From: Desulfatiglandales bacterium
GTDB taxonomy: Bacteria; Desulfobacterota; DSM-4660; Desulfatiglandales; Desulfatiglandaceae
Direction: 5' to 3'
DNA length: 64,000 nucleotides
Assembly: GCA_963662465.1 (NCBI GenBank)
Contig: OY759599.1
Coordinates: 5,440,001-5,504,000, forward strand
Part shown: positions 18,263 through 27,664 of the stretch, in pieces
How the letters are laid out: the number at the start of each line of letters is the position of its first letter
How positions within the stretch are numbered: position 1 is the stretch's first letter
Position numbers and translations under genes: made by a program
The notes under the pieces: generated by a model
Told to the model about the DNA's origin: nothing
The model's input: only the letters and a program-made list of their open reading frames with translations
The model's database searches: none

Positions 18263-19846
18263 ATGACCAATCCAAAGATCATCCTTTTTTTGTGTAATTG
18301 GGGGCCCCATTCCGCCTACCAGGTTCTCCAGGACCAAGCCGCCCCGATCCCCGGGGAAATTCAGATGGTGCGAATTCCCTGCACCGGAAGAATCAGCAAG
18401 GCCCTTCTCTTCAAATGTTTTGAGATGGGCGCGGACGGCGTGGCCCTGGTGGGCTGCACTTCGGGCGCCTGCCGATACGGCACCGGCACCACCAATGCGA
18501 AGGGGCATGTGGAAGACGCCCGGGGGATACTGGAATTGCTGGGGCTGGGAGAAGACCGTTTACGTCTGGCCACCTTCATGCCCGATGAATCGGAAGCCCT
18601 GCTCACCTTTCTTCAGACCTTCTGCTCTGATATCAGAACCATGGGATTAAGCCCGGTGACGCCCACGCCCATGAAAAAGCCCAAAATGGACCGGGGCGAA
18701 GCCATACGCTCCCTGGCCGCCCGTCATGATGTATACGCCTGCCAGGATTGCGGAAAATGTACCTCTTCCTGTCCCTTGACCCTTGTGGGAAAACCCTTTT
18801 CACCCAGAGCCACGGCCAATGCGGTTATTTCAGGCCAAATCAATTCCCCATCCGTGCAAAATGACATCTGGTCCTGCCTTACCTGCGGTCTGTGTTATGA
18901 ACGGTGTCCTTCGGCTGTGGATTTTTCCCTGTTTATTCGCGATTTGCGGGATGTGGTGGCCCAAAGCAGCCTGGATACCCATGCGGCCCACGGCGGGTTT
19001 TTCCATTCCCTCATGCGGACCATGACATCCGAAAAGCTGAAGATACGGCAATGGGAATGGCTGCCCAAGGATGTCGCCATCGACAGGAAGAGCAAGGTCC
19101 TGTTTTTTGGCGGCTGCGCGCCCTATTTTGATCTGTTCTTCAATCGACACCTGGGGCTGAAAACCCGGGACATTCTGGTGGACAGCATTCGGCTGCTTAA
19201 TTTTTTCGATATTCATCCGGCCATTCTGGAAAATTTGCGCTGTTGCGGCCATGATCTCCTCTGGTCCGGGGATAAGACCAACTTTTTGAAACTGGCCCAT
19301 CTCAACGTGGCGGCAATCCATAAGGCAGGCATCGAGGAAGTAGTGACCGCGTGTCCGGAGTGCTACCGAACCCTTTGCCGCGACTACCCGGAGCAGGGGA
19401 TTGCGCTGGATTTTAAAGTCACTCACATCTATGATTTTCTGGAAAATGAAATTGACAAGGGGGCCGTGGGCTTTAAACCATTGAACCGTAAATTGACCTT
19501 CCAGGACCCCTGCCGGTTAAGCCGATTTGAGAATCGCCCGGACCTTCCCCGGAAACTCATCAACCGGTTGAATCCGACGGCTTTCAGTGAAATGCGGGAC
19601 CACGGGGGCAATGCCATCTGCTGCGGCAACAGCGCCTGGATCGGGTGCGATTCATTCAGTAAGGCCCTCCAGGTAAAACGCATTCGGCAGGCAAAAGACA
19701 CGGGGAGCGACCTTTTGGTCACCGGTTGTCCCAAGTGCCAGATTCATCTCCGTTGCGCCATGGAAGATCCGTTTTTGGGCGAGGAACTGAAGATGGAGAT
19801 GAAGGATCTCACGAGCGTTCTGGCGGAAACGATATCATGGGAATAA
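18263..19846 (+). CDS. MvhD-HdrD fusion ([2Fe-2S] MvhD domain, HdrC-like 2x[4Fe-4S], two CCG domains)
   Basis: 'FLCNWG', 'RIPCTGR', 'GCTSGACRY'; 'CQDCGKCTSSCP', 'CLTCGLCYERCP'; 'CCG...CPEC' and 'DPC...CCG...CPKC'. Confidence 0.85.
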   Translation: MTNPKIILFLCNWGPHSAYQVLQDQAAPIPGEIQMVRIPCTGRISKALLFKCFEMGADGVALVGCTSGACRYGTGTTNAKGHVEDARGILELLGLGEDRLRLATFMPDESEALLTFLQTFCSDIRTMGLSPVTPTPMKKPKMDRGEAIRSLAARHDVYACQDCGKCTSSCPLTLVGKPFSPRATANAVISGQINSPSVQNDIWSCLTCGLCYERCPSAVDFSLFIRDLRDVVAQSSLDTHAAHGGFFHSLMRTMTSEKLKIRQWEWLPKDVAIDRKSKVLFFGGCAPYFDLFFNRHLGLKTRDILVDSIRLLNFFDIHPAILENLRCCGHDLLWSGDKTNFLKLAHLNVAAIHKAGIEEVVTACPECYRTLCRDYPEQGIALDFKVTHIYDFLENEIDKGAVGFKPLNRKLTFQDPCRLSRFENRPDLPRKLINRLNPTAFSEMRDHGGNAICCGNSAWIGCDSFSKALQVKRIRQAKDTGSDLLVTGCPKCQIHLRCAMEDPFLGEELKMEMKDLTSVLAETISWE

Positions 19847-19868
19847 TAACGAACCGTATCGAATTTAA

Positions 19869-19942
19869 TCACGCAAAGCCGCAAAGAACGACAGCGAAAA
19901 AAATGTTTCCGGAAAACTTTGCGTCTTGGCGCCTTTGCGTGA
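19869..19942. repeat. Imperfect inverted repeat built from (CGCAAAGN) octamers
   Basis: tcacgcaaagccgcaaagaacg ... ctttgcgtcttggcgcctttgcgtga. Confidence 0.65.
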
Positions 19943-19996
19943 GATCTTTTATGTTCCGGTATATCCGGGTTAGGGAGTTAGGAATCAGAGGAAACT

Positions 19997-22432
19997 ATGG
20001 AAGCACAAGTGGTTGCAAAAAAAGAGCATGCACCATCGAACGATCTGCCCCGCATCGGAGTTTATGTCTGCCATTGCGGACTTAACATTGCCAAGACCGT
20101 GGATTGTGAACGGGTGGCGACCTTCTCTGGAGATCTTGAAAATGTAACGGTCGCTAAGGATATCGCCTATGCCTGCTCCGAACCCGGACAGCAGCAGATC
20201 AAGAGCGACATCCTGGAGCATCACCTGGACCGGGTGGTCGTGGCATCCTGCTCGCCCCGACTGCATGAGCCCACGTTTAAACAAATGCTCCAGTCGGCGG
20301 GGATAAACCCCTACCTCATGGAAATGGCCAATCTGCGGGAACAGTGCAGCTGGGTCCACATGCAGGAACCGGAAGCGGCCACAAAAAAAGCCATGGATCT
20401 GGTAAAAATGGCGGTCTCGCGCATTCGCCTGCTGGAACCTCTCGAGGAAGACACCATCCCGCTCACCAAACGAACCCTTGTGATCGGCGGCGGCATCGCC
20501 GGCATCCAGGCATCCCTGGATTTGGCCGACAACGGCTATGATGTGGTCCTGGTGGAAAAACATCCCACCATCGGCGGGATGATGGCGCAACTGGACAAGA
20601 CCTTCCCCACCATGGATTGCGCCATCTGAATCCTGGGGCCGAAGATGACGGATGTCGGTCGACATCCCAAAATTACACTATACACCATGAGTGAAGTGGT
20701 GGATGTCAAAGGGTATGTGGGGAATTTTGACGTTCGCATCCTCAAAAAAGCACGGTATGTGGATGAAAAAGAATGCACCGCGTGCGGGGATTGCGCCAAT
20801 GCCTGCCCCGTGGTGCGACCCGATGAATTCAACCTGGGTCTTTCGTCTCGGAAGGCCATCTATACCCCCTTTCCACAGGCCGTCCCTTCATCGTACGTCA
20901 TCAACGTCAATGAATGCCTGGGGCATAACCCGGTGGTGTGCGCCAAATGCAAGGACGCCTGCGACAAGGGGTGCATTGATTTCCACATGTCCGATGAGGA
21001 GATCGTGGAGAACGTGGGAACCATTGTCGTGGCCACAGGTCTTGAGGTGTATGATCCCACGGAAATGGATGAGTATGCCTATGCCCGGTTTCAAAACGTC
21101 CTCACCAGCCTGGAGTTTGAGCGCCTCATCAATGCAGGCGGACCGACACTGGGGGAAGTGGTGCGACCCACGGACCTGAAACACCCTAAATCCATCGGAT
21201 TTGTTCAGTGCGTAGGGTCAAGATCCGCCCGAAAAGGGGGCAGTTACTGTTCCAATACCTGCTGCATGAACACCGTCAAGAGCACCCTCATGCTCAAAGA
21301 GCACTACCCGGACATGGAGATCAAGGTTTTTTATATTGACATCAGGGCCTTTGGAAAAGGGTTTGAGGACCTCTACGCCCGAAGCCGACGCCTGGGGGTT
21401 CAGTATATCCGAGGACTTCCCGGTACGGTGCAGGAGAATAGCGAAAAGGGGTTGCGGGTGGCGGTGGAGAACACCGGCACCGGTTGTCTTGAGATGCACG
21501 ATCTGGATATGCTGGTGTTGGCCCTGGGGATGAAACCCGCCTCCAGTACCCAAAAGCTCCAGGAGATGCTGGGCCTGCAGCTCACCCCGGACGGATTTTT
21601 TCTGGAAGCCCACCCCAAACTGCAACCGGTGGATGCGGCTACTCGAGGCGTCTTCTACGCGGGTTGCGCCGAAGCGCCCAAGGACATCAAGGAAAGCGTC
21701 ACCCAGGCCTCCGCGGCGGCGGCCCGGGCCATCCGTCTCATGCACAAGGGGGAGATCACCACCGAACCCATCACATCAATGGTGATCGAGGAAAAATGCA
21801 AATCCTGCGGAAAATGCGCCGAGGTCTGTCCCTACAATGCCATCACCGTGGATGTGAAACGAAAGACCATTGCCTCCGTGAATACGGCAGCCTGCGCCGG
21901 ATGCGGCACCTGCGCAGCGGAGTGTCCCTTTGATGCCATCATCATGAACCATTTCACCGACGAGCAAATCCTCAACCAGGCCCATGCCCTCCTGGACAAG
22001 GAACCGGCGGAAAAAATCCTGGCATTTGCCTGCAACTGGTGTTCCTATGCGGGCGCCGACTATGCGGGGGTATCCCGGCTTCAGTATCCCCCCAACGTCC
22101 GTCTGATCCGCACCATGTGTTCCGGTCGGGTCGATGAAAAATTTATCTGGGACGGATTTAAAATGGGGGCCCCGGTCATCCTGGTGAGCGGGTGCCATAT
22201 CGGGGACTGCCATTATATCGACGCCAACCACTGGACCGAAAAACGCGTGAAAAAGATCCACAAAAAAATGGTCAAACTGGGAATTCGTCCGGAGCGGCTG
22301 CAACTGGAATGGATCAGCGCCGCCGAGGGGGTACGCTTTGCCGAAGTGATGACGCACATGGAGGAACTTCGAAAAGGTGTCACCTCAGAAGAAATCGACG
22401 AAACCATTCGAATCCTGAATGAAGAAAAGTAA
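19997..22432 (+). CDS. hdrA: Heterodisulfide reductase subunit A with fused C-terminal MvhD; selenocysteine at in-frame UGA 20627-20629 (811 aa)
   Basis: ORFs 19997-20629 and 20645-22432 are in frame; 'KTFPTMDCAI*ILGPKM' is the HdrA CxxC/U motif; 'IGVYVCHCG', 'VIGGGIAG', 'QCVGSR', 'CNWCSYAGAD'. Confidence 0.92.
20650..20667 (+). promoter_or_regulatory. Bacterial SECIS-like hairpin
   Basis: GGATGTC-GGTC-GACATCC, perfect 7-bp stem with GGUC loop, 20 nt downstream of the UGA. Confidence 0.75.
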
Positions 22433-22440
22433 AGTTGTCA

Positions 22441-22497
22441 GTTGTCAGGGGGCAGTTATCAGCAAGGCCTGCCCCCTGATAACTGCCCCCTGACAAC
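22441..22497. terminator. 22-bp perfect inverted repeat (heptamer-derived) at end of hdr operon
   Basis: gttgtcagggggcagttatcag ... ctgataactgccccctgacaac; no U-tract, so terminator role is uncertain. Confidence 0.5.
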
Positions 22498-22506
22498 TCA
22501 ACAGAT

Positions 22507-23724
22507 ATGCCCAAATCTCTCATCCTCAGCATTTTCAGCCGCCGGATGCTGGTGGCTCTGATCATGGGTTTTGCCTGTGGTCTACCGTTGCTGCTGACCA
22601 TAACGGTACTCCAGGCATGGATGAAGGAAGCGGGGGTGGATCTTACGGTCATCGGTATGATGGCCCTCGTAGGCCTTCCCTACACCTTAAAATTTTTGTG
22701 GGCGCCTTTTCTGGATCGCTTTACGCTTCCTTTTCTGGGAAGACGCCGGGGATGGCTCCTCATGGCTCAGCTGGCGTTAATGGCCTCCATCGGAGGCTTG
22801 GGGTTGACCGATCCCGCCAACAATCCCTGGATAGTGGCCTTTGCCGCTTTCCTGGTCACCTTTTTCAGCGCAAGCCAGGATATCGTGGTGGACGCCTATC
22901 GGCGGGAGGATCTCCCCGACGAAGAGCTGGGTCTGGCATCTTCCCTGTACGTCAACGGCTACCGGGTGGGCATGCTCCTGGCTTCCGGGGGCGGCCTCAT
23001 CATGGCGGATCATGTCTCCTTTAAGATCGTCTACTTCATCATGGCGGCCTGCCTGCTGCCGGGAATTTTCACCACCCTGCTCACCCCGGAACCGCCGACC
23101 CCTCTGGGCCGACCCACAACGCTCCGAGAAGCGGTCTTCGATCCCCTGGTGGAATATTTCACTCGGGCGGGAGCACTCTGGGTCCTGGCCTTTATCCTGT
23201 TTTACAAGATCGGCGATACCATGGCCAGTGCCATGACCACGCCTTTTTACCTGGATATCGGGTTTTCAAAAACCGAGATCGGCGCCGTGGTGAAACTCTT
23301 CGGTTTCTGGGCTACCATCGTTGGCAGCCTGATCGGCGGGGTGGCCATGATTCGGTTGGGGATCAAGCGGTCTTTATGGATTTTCGGCATTTTGCAGGCT
23401 GTATCCACCGCCGGTTTCGTTGTCCTTGCCCGGGTGGGCCATAGCGTACCGATGCTTTCAGGGGTTATCGGGTTTGAAAACCTCTCCGGCGGTATGGGCA
23501 CCACCGCTTATGTGGCGTTTATGGCCAGTATCACCAACAAGAAATTCACCGCCACCCAGTATGCGTTGCTCAGCAGTCTCATGGGCATTCCCAGGGTTTT
23601 GGCATCGGCCCCCACGGGCTATCTGGCCAAAAACATGGGATGGGAAACCTTTTTCATCGCCTGCACCCTCATCGCCCTGCCGGGGCTCCTGCTCCTTTTG
23701 AAGAAAACTCAGGATTTTCGGTAA
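22507..23724 (+). CDS. ampG: AmpG-family muropeptide MFS permease
   Basis: 'GFACGLP', 'LPYTLKFLWAPFLDR', 'SASQDIVVDAYR', 'FTATQYALLSSL'. Confidence 0.92.
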   Translation: MPKSLILSIFSRRMLVALIMGFACGLPLLLTITVLQAWMKEAGVDLTVIGMMALVGLPYTLKFLWAPFLDRFTLPFLGRRRGWLLMAQLALMASIGGLGLTDPANNPWIVAFAAFLVTFFSASQDIVVDAYRREDLPDEELGLASSLYVNGYRVGMLLASGGGLIMADHVSFKIVYFIMAACLLPGIFTTLLTPEPPTPLGRPTTLREAVFDPLVEYFTRAGALWVLAFILFYKIGDTMASAMTTPFYLDIGFSKTEIGAVVKLFGFWATIVGSLIGGVAMIRLGIKRSLWIFGILQAVSTAGFVVLARVGHSVPMLSGVIGFENLSGGMGTTAYVAFMASITNKKFTATQYALLSSLMGIPRVLASAPTGYLAKNMGWETFFIACTLIALPGLLLLLKKTQDFR

Positions 23725-23991
23725 AAAAACATCTTGAAAACATAGGAATTTCCATTTTTGAAAAATCTAAGGTTGTTGCAGCAATGGAATTAAGGCTTTT
23801 ACCAGTGCAGCCACCTGAAATAACCCAAATATTCACAAGCCTATCCCGCCTGAACCGTGAAAAGAAACGTTGGTAAAAAAGTAAGTTGACAGAATGTTGA
23901 GCTTTGTGCCAAGGCATTGCGCATGCTAAAACAAGCTCGTCTTTACCAGCGTCCCCATCCACGCTTAATTTGACAATGTAACGGTACAATT

Positions 23992-24915
23992 TCAACTATT
24001 CAACTGCGATACCATATTCCGTAATTCTTCAATTTCAGACTGTTGTTTTCTGATTTTTTCCATCAGAAGCCGTTCTTTTTTTTCGTTTTCAGTCTTCAAC
24101 TCTTTAACAGCCTCTATCAGCACGGCGGTCAGCTTGGCGTAAGATACAGCCTTGTAGCCGTCTTTATCTTCAACCACCAACTCCGGCAGCACCTTTTCAA
24201 CATCCTGGGCCACCAAACCAATCTGCCGGCCTTCCTTAAAAGGCAGGTTCTCATATTGCTCCGTCTTCCATTCATAGCTCACCCCCTGAAGCGCGGATAC
24301 GCTGGCCAGGGAGGATTTTAGCGGCTGCACGTTTTTCTTCCAGCGTATATCCGAGGAAATGGATGTGGCGGTTGCCGTAAAATTGGCATTAATTTTCAAA
24401 AATTGATTATCGAATTCCCCGTAAATGAGGGGGGCTTCGGTCTCTGAATTAGCAATGTAGAGCTTGTTTGACCCGGTTTCTTCAAATCCTGCTCTGTAGC
24501 CCAAGAAGACGTTTCCGGATCCCTCCTGGTTATGATGCCCGGCGGAGCGTCCGAAAAATGAGTTGTAGTCCCCTTCGGTCTTATAATAACCGGCGGCGCG
24601 TCCGAAAAAGGAGTTGGAGTTCCCGGTGGTGTTTTCATGCCCGGTATCCAGTCCGAAAAAGGAGTTGGAGGTCCCGGTTTCGTTGGAGTACCCGGCACTC
24701 CGTCCGAAAAATGAGTTGTAGTCCCCGGTGGTGTTTTCTCCGGCATCCAGTCCGTAAAAGGTGTTAAACGTGTCTTGCGTTTCTTGCGGCGATACGATTC
24801 CCTCATGATCCGCTTCGGGTACTTCGGCCTCTGAAGCCACCTCAAGGGCAAATAGATTTTGTCCAAATACAAACAGCGCGACCAGTACCAGGTTGAACAT
24901 GATTCTCTTTTTCAT
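23992..24915 (-). CDS. Secreted repeat protein with C-terminal peptidase S74 (intramolecular chaperone/tail-fibre) domain
   Basis: Signal peptide; 14-aa repeats 'G..NSFFG..AG..N'; 'SSDIRWKKNV', 'QIGLVAQDVEKVLPELV', coiled-coil tail. Confidence 0.8.
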   Translation of the reverse strand: MKKRIMFNLVLVALFVFGQNLFALEVASEAEVPEADHEGIVSPQETQDTFNTFYGLDAGENTTGDYNSFFGRSAGYSNETGTSNSFFGLDTGHENTTGNSNSFFGRAAGYYKTEGDYNSFFGRSAGHHNQEGSGNVFLGYRAGFEETGSNKLYIANSETEAPLIYGEFDNQFLKINANFTATATSISSDIRWKKNVQPLKSSLASVSALQGVSYEWKTEQYENLPFKEGRQIGLVAQDVEKVLPELVVEDKDGYKAVSYAKLTAVLIEAVKELKTENEKKERLLMEKIRKQQSEIEELRNMVSQLNS

Positions 24916-25199
24916 TTTTTCTCCCTGTTTATATTAATTTATTAAGTGGATTAATGGTAAAACACAATACCATATTAAATTAACGGCTTATCTCATTTTT
25001 GGGATTCTGAAGGGGAGGCTTCCAAGCCCCTGAAAACCATGCAAGAGTCATTCAATCAGGAGTTTAGAAAGCAGTGAAGATCGTTATTGACAAAGCCGGC
25101 ATCGATGCCTATGGGAGCTCGGTTATTCCGTCCTCCCTTTTTCAGCCCTCTCCTTATTTCATCTCCAATTTGTCTTTATTATTCACAGCCGGTCGGAAG

Positions 25200-25742
25200 T
25201 CAACAGAAATAATTATGAGTCGTGCCTGACCGCTCTGGCGAGATATTTTCCGGACATATCGGTGATCTCCGCTCTGTCAAATCCGGTTTAGCCTTTCCCA
25301 TTAATGCATGATGACCTGTGTAGGGATATGTATCAAGTGTCGCTATCCCATTGACCAACCCGGCTCGTAAGGGGTTCAGATGAATATAACGGACCAACTC
25401 CTGAAAATACGGATCCTCCTGGCATAGAATAGATTTATAGCTATTCTGAAATAGATGACCATAACGGCGGTGTCTGCGATTGAAGTATATGGCATATCCC
25501 GTTAACAGACGCCGCATGATAGTAGCAATAGGGAATTCTCCGGTCCGAAGAAAAAGATGAAAATGGTTTGGAATAATCGCCCATGCATAGCAAATTGTTA
25601 CAGTGCCGGAAAGAATGTCTCCGAGGCGGCTTAAAAACTCATTGCGATCTTTTTTGTCCTCAAAGATCTTTCGTCTTTCGTTCCCCCTGGCAATAATATG
25701 ATGCAGCGCTCCTGGGGTATCTAATCGGGATTGTCTCGGCAT
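25200..25742 (-). mobile_element. REP-associated tyrosine transposase (RAYT, Y1/IS200-like), probably C-terminally truncated
   Basis: 'MPRQSR...HHIIARG', HUH 'PNHFHL', 'GHLFQNSYKS', 'VRYIHLNPLRAG'. Confidence 0.8.
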
Positions 25743-26155
25743 ACAAGACAACTGTCATAGTCAAACCATCTCTGCAAGATAAATATGGAAATGTGAAGAA
25801 CGAACAGCGCACGGTTGGCCTATGCTGCAGGGGTCTTCAACATTATGCGAACCCTTGCCGGCTTTTGCCATGGGTGCCTTGTTGCTGGTTCTTTTGACAC
25901 GCAGCGCTGATTTCAATTTCAACCGACTGATGACCCGGTGGGCGCATAAAAATGCCCTCGCCATGGCCTCTGGCGCCGTTTTGAAGTTTCTGGCGGTGAT
26001 GACGGCCATTGGCGCATTGCTGGTCCCGGTACTGCACCCGCCGCCGGGGAAATCGGAAGGAGCCTTTTGAATATCGTTCGATCCCTTCTGCTTTCAAAAG
26101 AATCTCCAGTTCTGACAACTGATAACTAACAACTGATAACTGCGGTTATGCCGCT

Positions 26156-26905
26156 TTAGAATTTTTTGGCCGCCTCTTTCAGCGTTTTCTGAACCTTTTC
26201 ATCAAACCAGCAATCCAGAAATGATTTGTTTTTGGTTTCGCGGTTTTGCCGGTACCTTAACGTCACTTCCTCAACCCGGTTGGCCTTGATCTCCGCGAAA
26301 GCCGGCGTCGGCAGGGCGCTCATTTCCTGAACTCTTTTGACGGCAGACTCGCGCACCCTGTCTTCTGGATGCACTTCGTCCACAAGACCGATGGCATACG
26401 CTTCTGAAGGGGACAGAAATTCACCACCCAGTATCATTTTGGAAGCGGCCCGGTCACCCACCACCTGCCTCAAAATCATATCGGCTAGGTAGGGAACTGG
26501 AACCCCCAGTTTGATTTCATTTAATCCGATTTTCTTTCCGTCATTATGGGTGGCCAGCCTTAAATCACAGGTGAGTGCCAAAATGTTGCCCCCGGCGACG
26601 GCGTGTCCTTCAACGGCGCAGACCGTTCCAAAGGGAAGGGTGTACAGATCAAAGACCAGGCGGTTAAAGTTTTTCCAGAAATCCGACATTTGGGTTCGGT
26701 CGAGGGGGAGAAGGGAAGGTAAATCCAGGCCGATGGATAAAAACCTGGTTCCACCGCACAACACCAGACCGGCGGCTTCTTTTTTGATTTGATCCAGCGC
26801 CGTTAAACATTCGCCCACCAGTTCCGGGCTTAGCGCATTGGTTACACCGTTTTTGAGCGTTATAACTGCCACCTGTCCCATATATTCAACTTGTATTTTT
26901 TCCAT
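26156..26905 (-). CDS. Enoyl-CoA hydratase/isomerase family protein
   Basis: 'FLSIGLDL', 'GHAVAGGNILALTCDLR', 'IGLNEIKLG', 'GLVDEV'. Confidence 0.9.
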   Translation of the reverse strand: MEKIQVEYMGQVAVITLKNGVTNALSPELVGECLTALDQIKKEAAGLVLCGGTRFLSIGLDLPSLLPLDRTQMSDFWKNFNRLVFDLYTLPFGTVCAVEGHAVAGGNILALTCDLRLATHNDGKKIGLNEIKLGVPVPYLADMILRQVVGDRAASKMILGGEFLSPSEAYAIGLVDEVHPEDRVRESAVKRVQEMSALPTPAFAEIKANRVEEVTLRYRQNRETKNKSFLDCWFDEKVQKTLKEAAKKF

Positions 26906-26910
26906 GGCGT

Positions 26911-27252
26911 CTAAAGCTTTCCCATTTCGTCCAACAGCTTTAAAACCTTTAACCCTTCCCCGATACCCGTGGTGCCGCTCATGGACATGTTGACGGCAAT
27001 GGTTTCCAAAATTTCGGCCTTTGTGGCCCCCGCATCCATAGCCAGTGTGGCCTGACCCACAATGCAGTGATCGCAGCGGCTTCTGAGTGCGATTCCCAGA
27101 GCCATCAGCCGCTTTACCTTTTGGCTCAGCGCGCCGTCTTTGTAGACTTCTTCAAACTTGGCCATCTCATGGGTCATCACATCCGGCAACTGCTGCCCCA
27201 GTTTTTTTAGATAGGTCAGCCGCTCCTCGTTGACCTTCACCATGCTTTCCAT
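26911..27252 (-). CDS. Carboxymuconolactone decarboxylase/AhpD family protein
   Basis: 'DGALSQKVKRLMALGIAL..RCDHC', 'GATKAEILE'. Confidence 0.85.
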   Translation of the reverse strand: MESMVKVNEERLTYLKKLGQQLPDVMTHEMAKFEEVYKDGALSQKVKRLMALGIALRSRCDHCIVGQATLAMDAGATKAEILETIAVNMSMSGTTGIGEGLKVLKLLDEMGKL

Positions 27253-27387
27253 ACTTTTTTCTCCTTTACGTGAATTTTTTTCAGCTGATCCCGAAAAACC
27301 CTTCAAAAGTGATGGGTCATCAGGCGCATCGTCAAAAGAGATTATAGGGGCAAACAGACGGTAAGTTCAAGACCGTTTTGAGCGTTT

Positions 27388-27542
27388 GGCTCATCGTGGA
27401 TTCGCGTGAGATTTGGCTTCTGAGCCGATTGTAGGTGCGACTTCAGTCGCACATTAAGCCGACCCTGTGCGACTGAAGTCGCACCTACAGCCCGAACCGA
27501 AACAATCTCAAAGCGCGATTTCACGTTAATCCGCGATGAACC
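27388..27542. mobile_element. 155-bp MITE with 25-bp imperfect TIRs and 8-bp target-site duplication
   Basis: TIRs GGCTCATCGTGGATTCGCGTGAGAT / rc GGTTCATCGCGGATTAACGTGAAAT (20/25); GAGCGTTT at 27380-27387 and 27543-27550. Confidence 0.85.
27430..27489. repeat. Inverted doublet of GTAG-type REP (REPIN-like)
   Basis: TGTAGGTGCGACTTCAGTCGCACA (27430-27453) and exact reverse complement (27466-27489). Confidence 0.85.
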
Positions 27543-27664
27543 GAGCGTTTTTAGCTCACAGCCTGCCTTGCATGCTTTATTTCTGTTTTTCATATTCCGC
27601 AAAACATGCTATGGAAGTTCGTAGTCTTGCCGAAAACCTGTTGCTGTAAAATGAGGTATCGGGA

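Noticed and set aside
19997..20629. Treating hdrA as a pseudogene or two separate genes
   Set aside because: The stop is an in-frame UGA at a conserved Cys position with a SECIS-like hairpin; selenocysteine readthrough explains it better.
23669..23995. 108-aa minus-strand ORF with 'ISGGCTG' (HesB/IscA-like?)
   Set aside because: Lacks the C-terminal CGCG motif, has a weak start and overlaps ampG; cannot support it.
24540..24760. 42-bp periodic repeats as CRISPR or DGR template/variable repeats
   Set aside because: They are in-frame coding repeats of the S74 protein; no unique spacers, cas genes or reverse transcriptase.
25761..26118. Short overlapping ORFs; the plus-strand one is hydrophobic like a transporter C-terminal fragment
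   Set aside because: No convincing start or family motif; at most an unassignable remnant.
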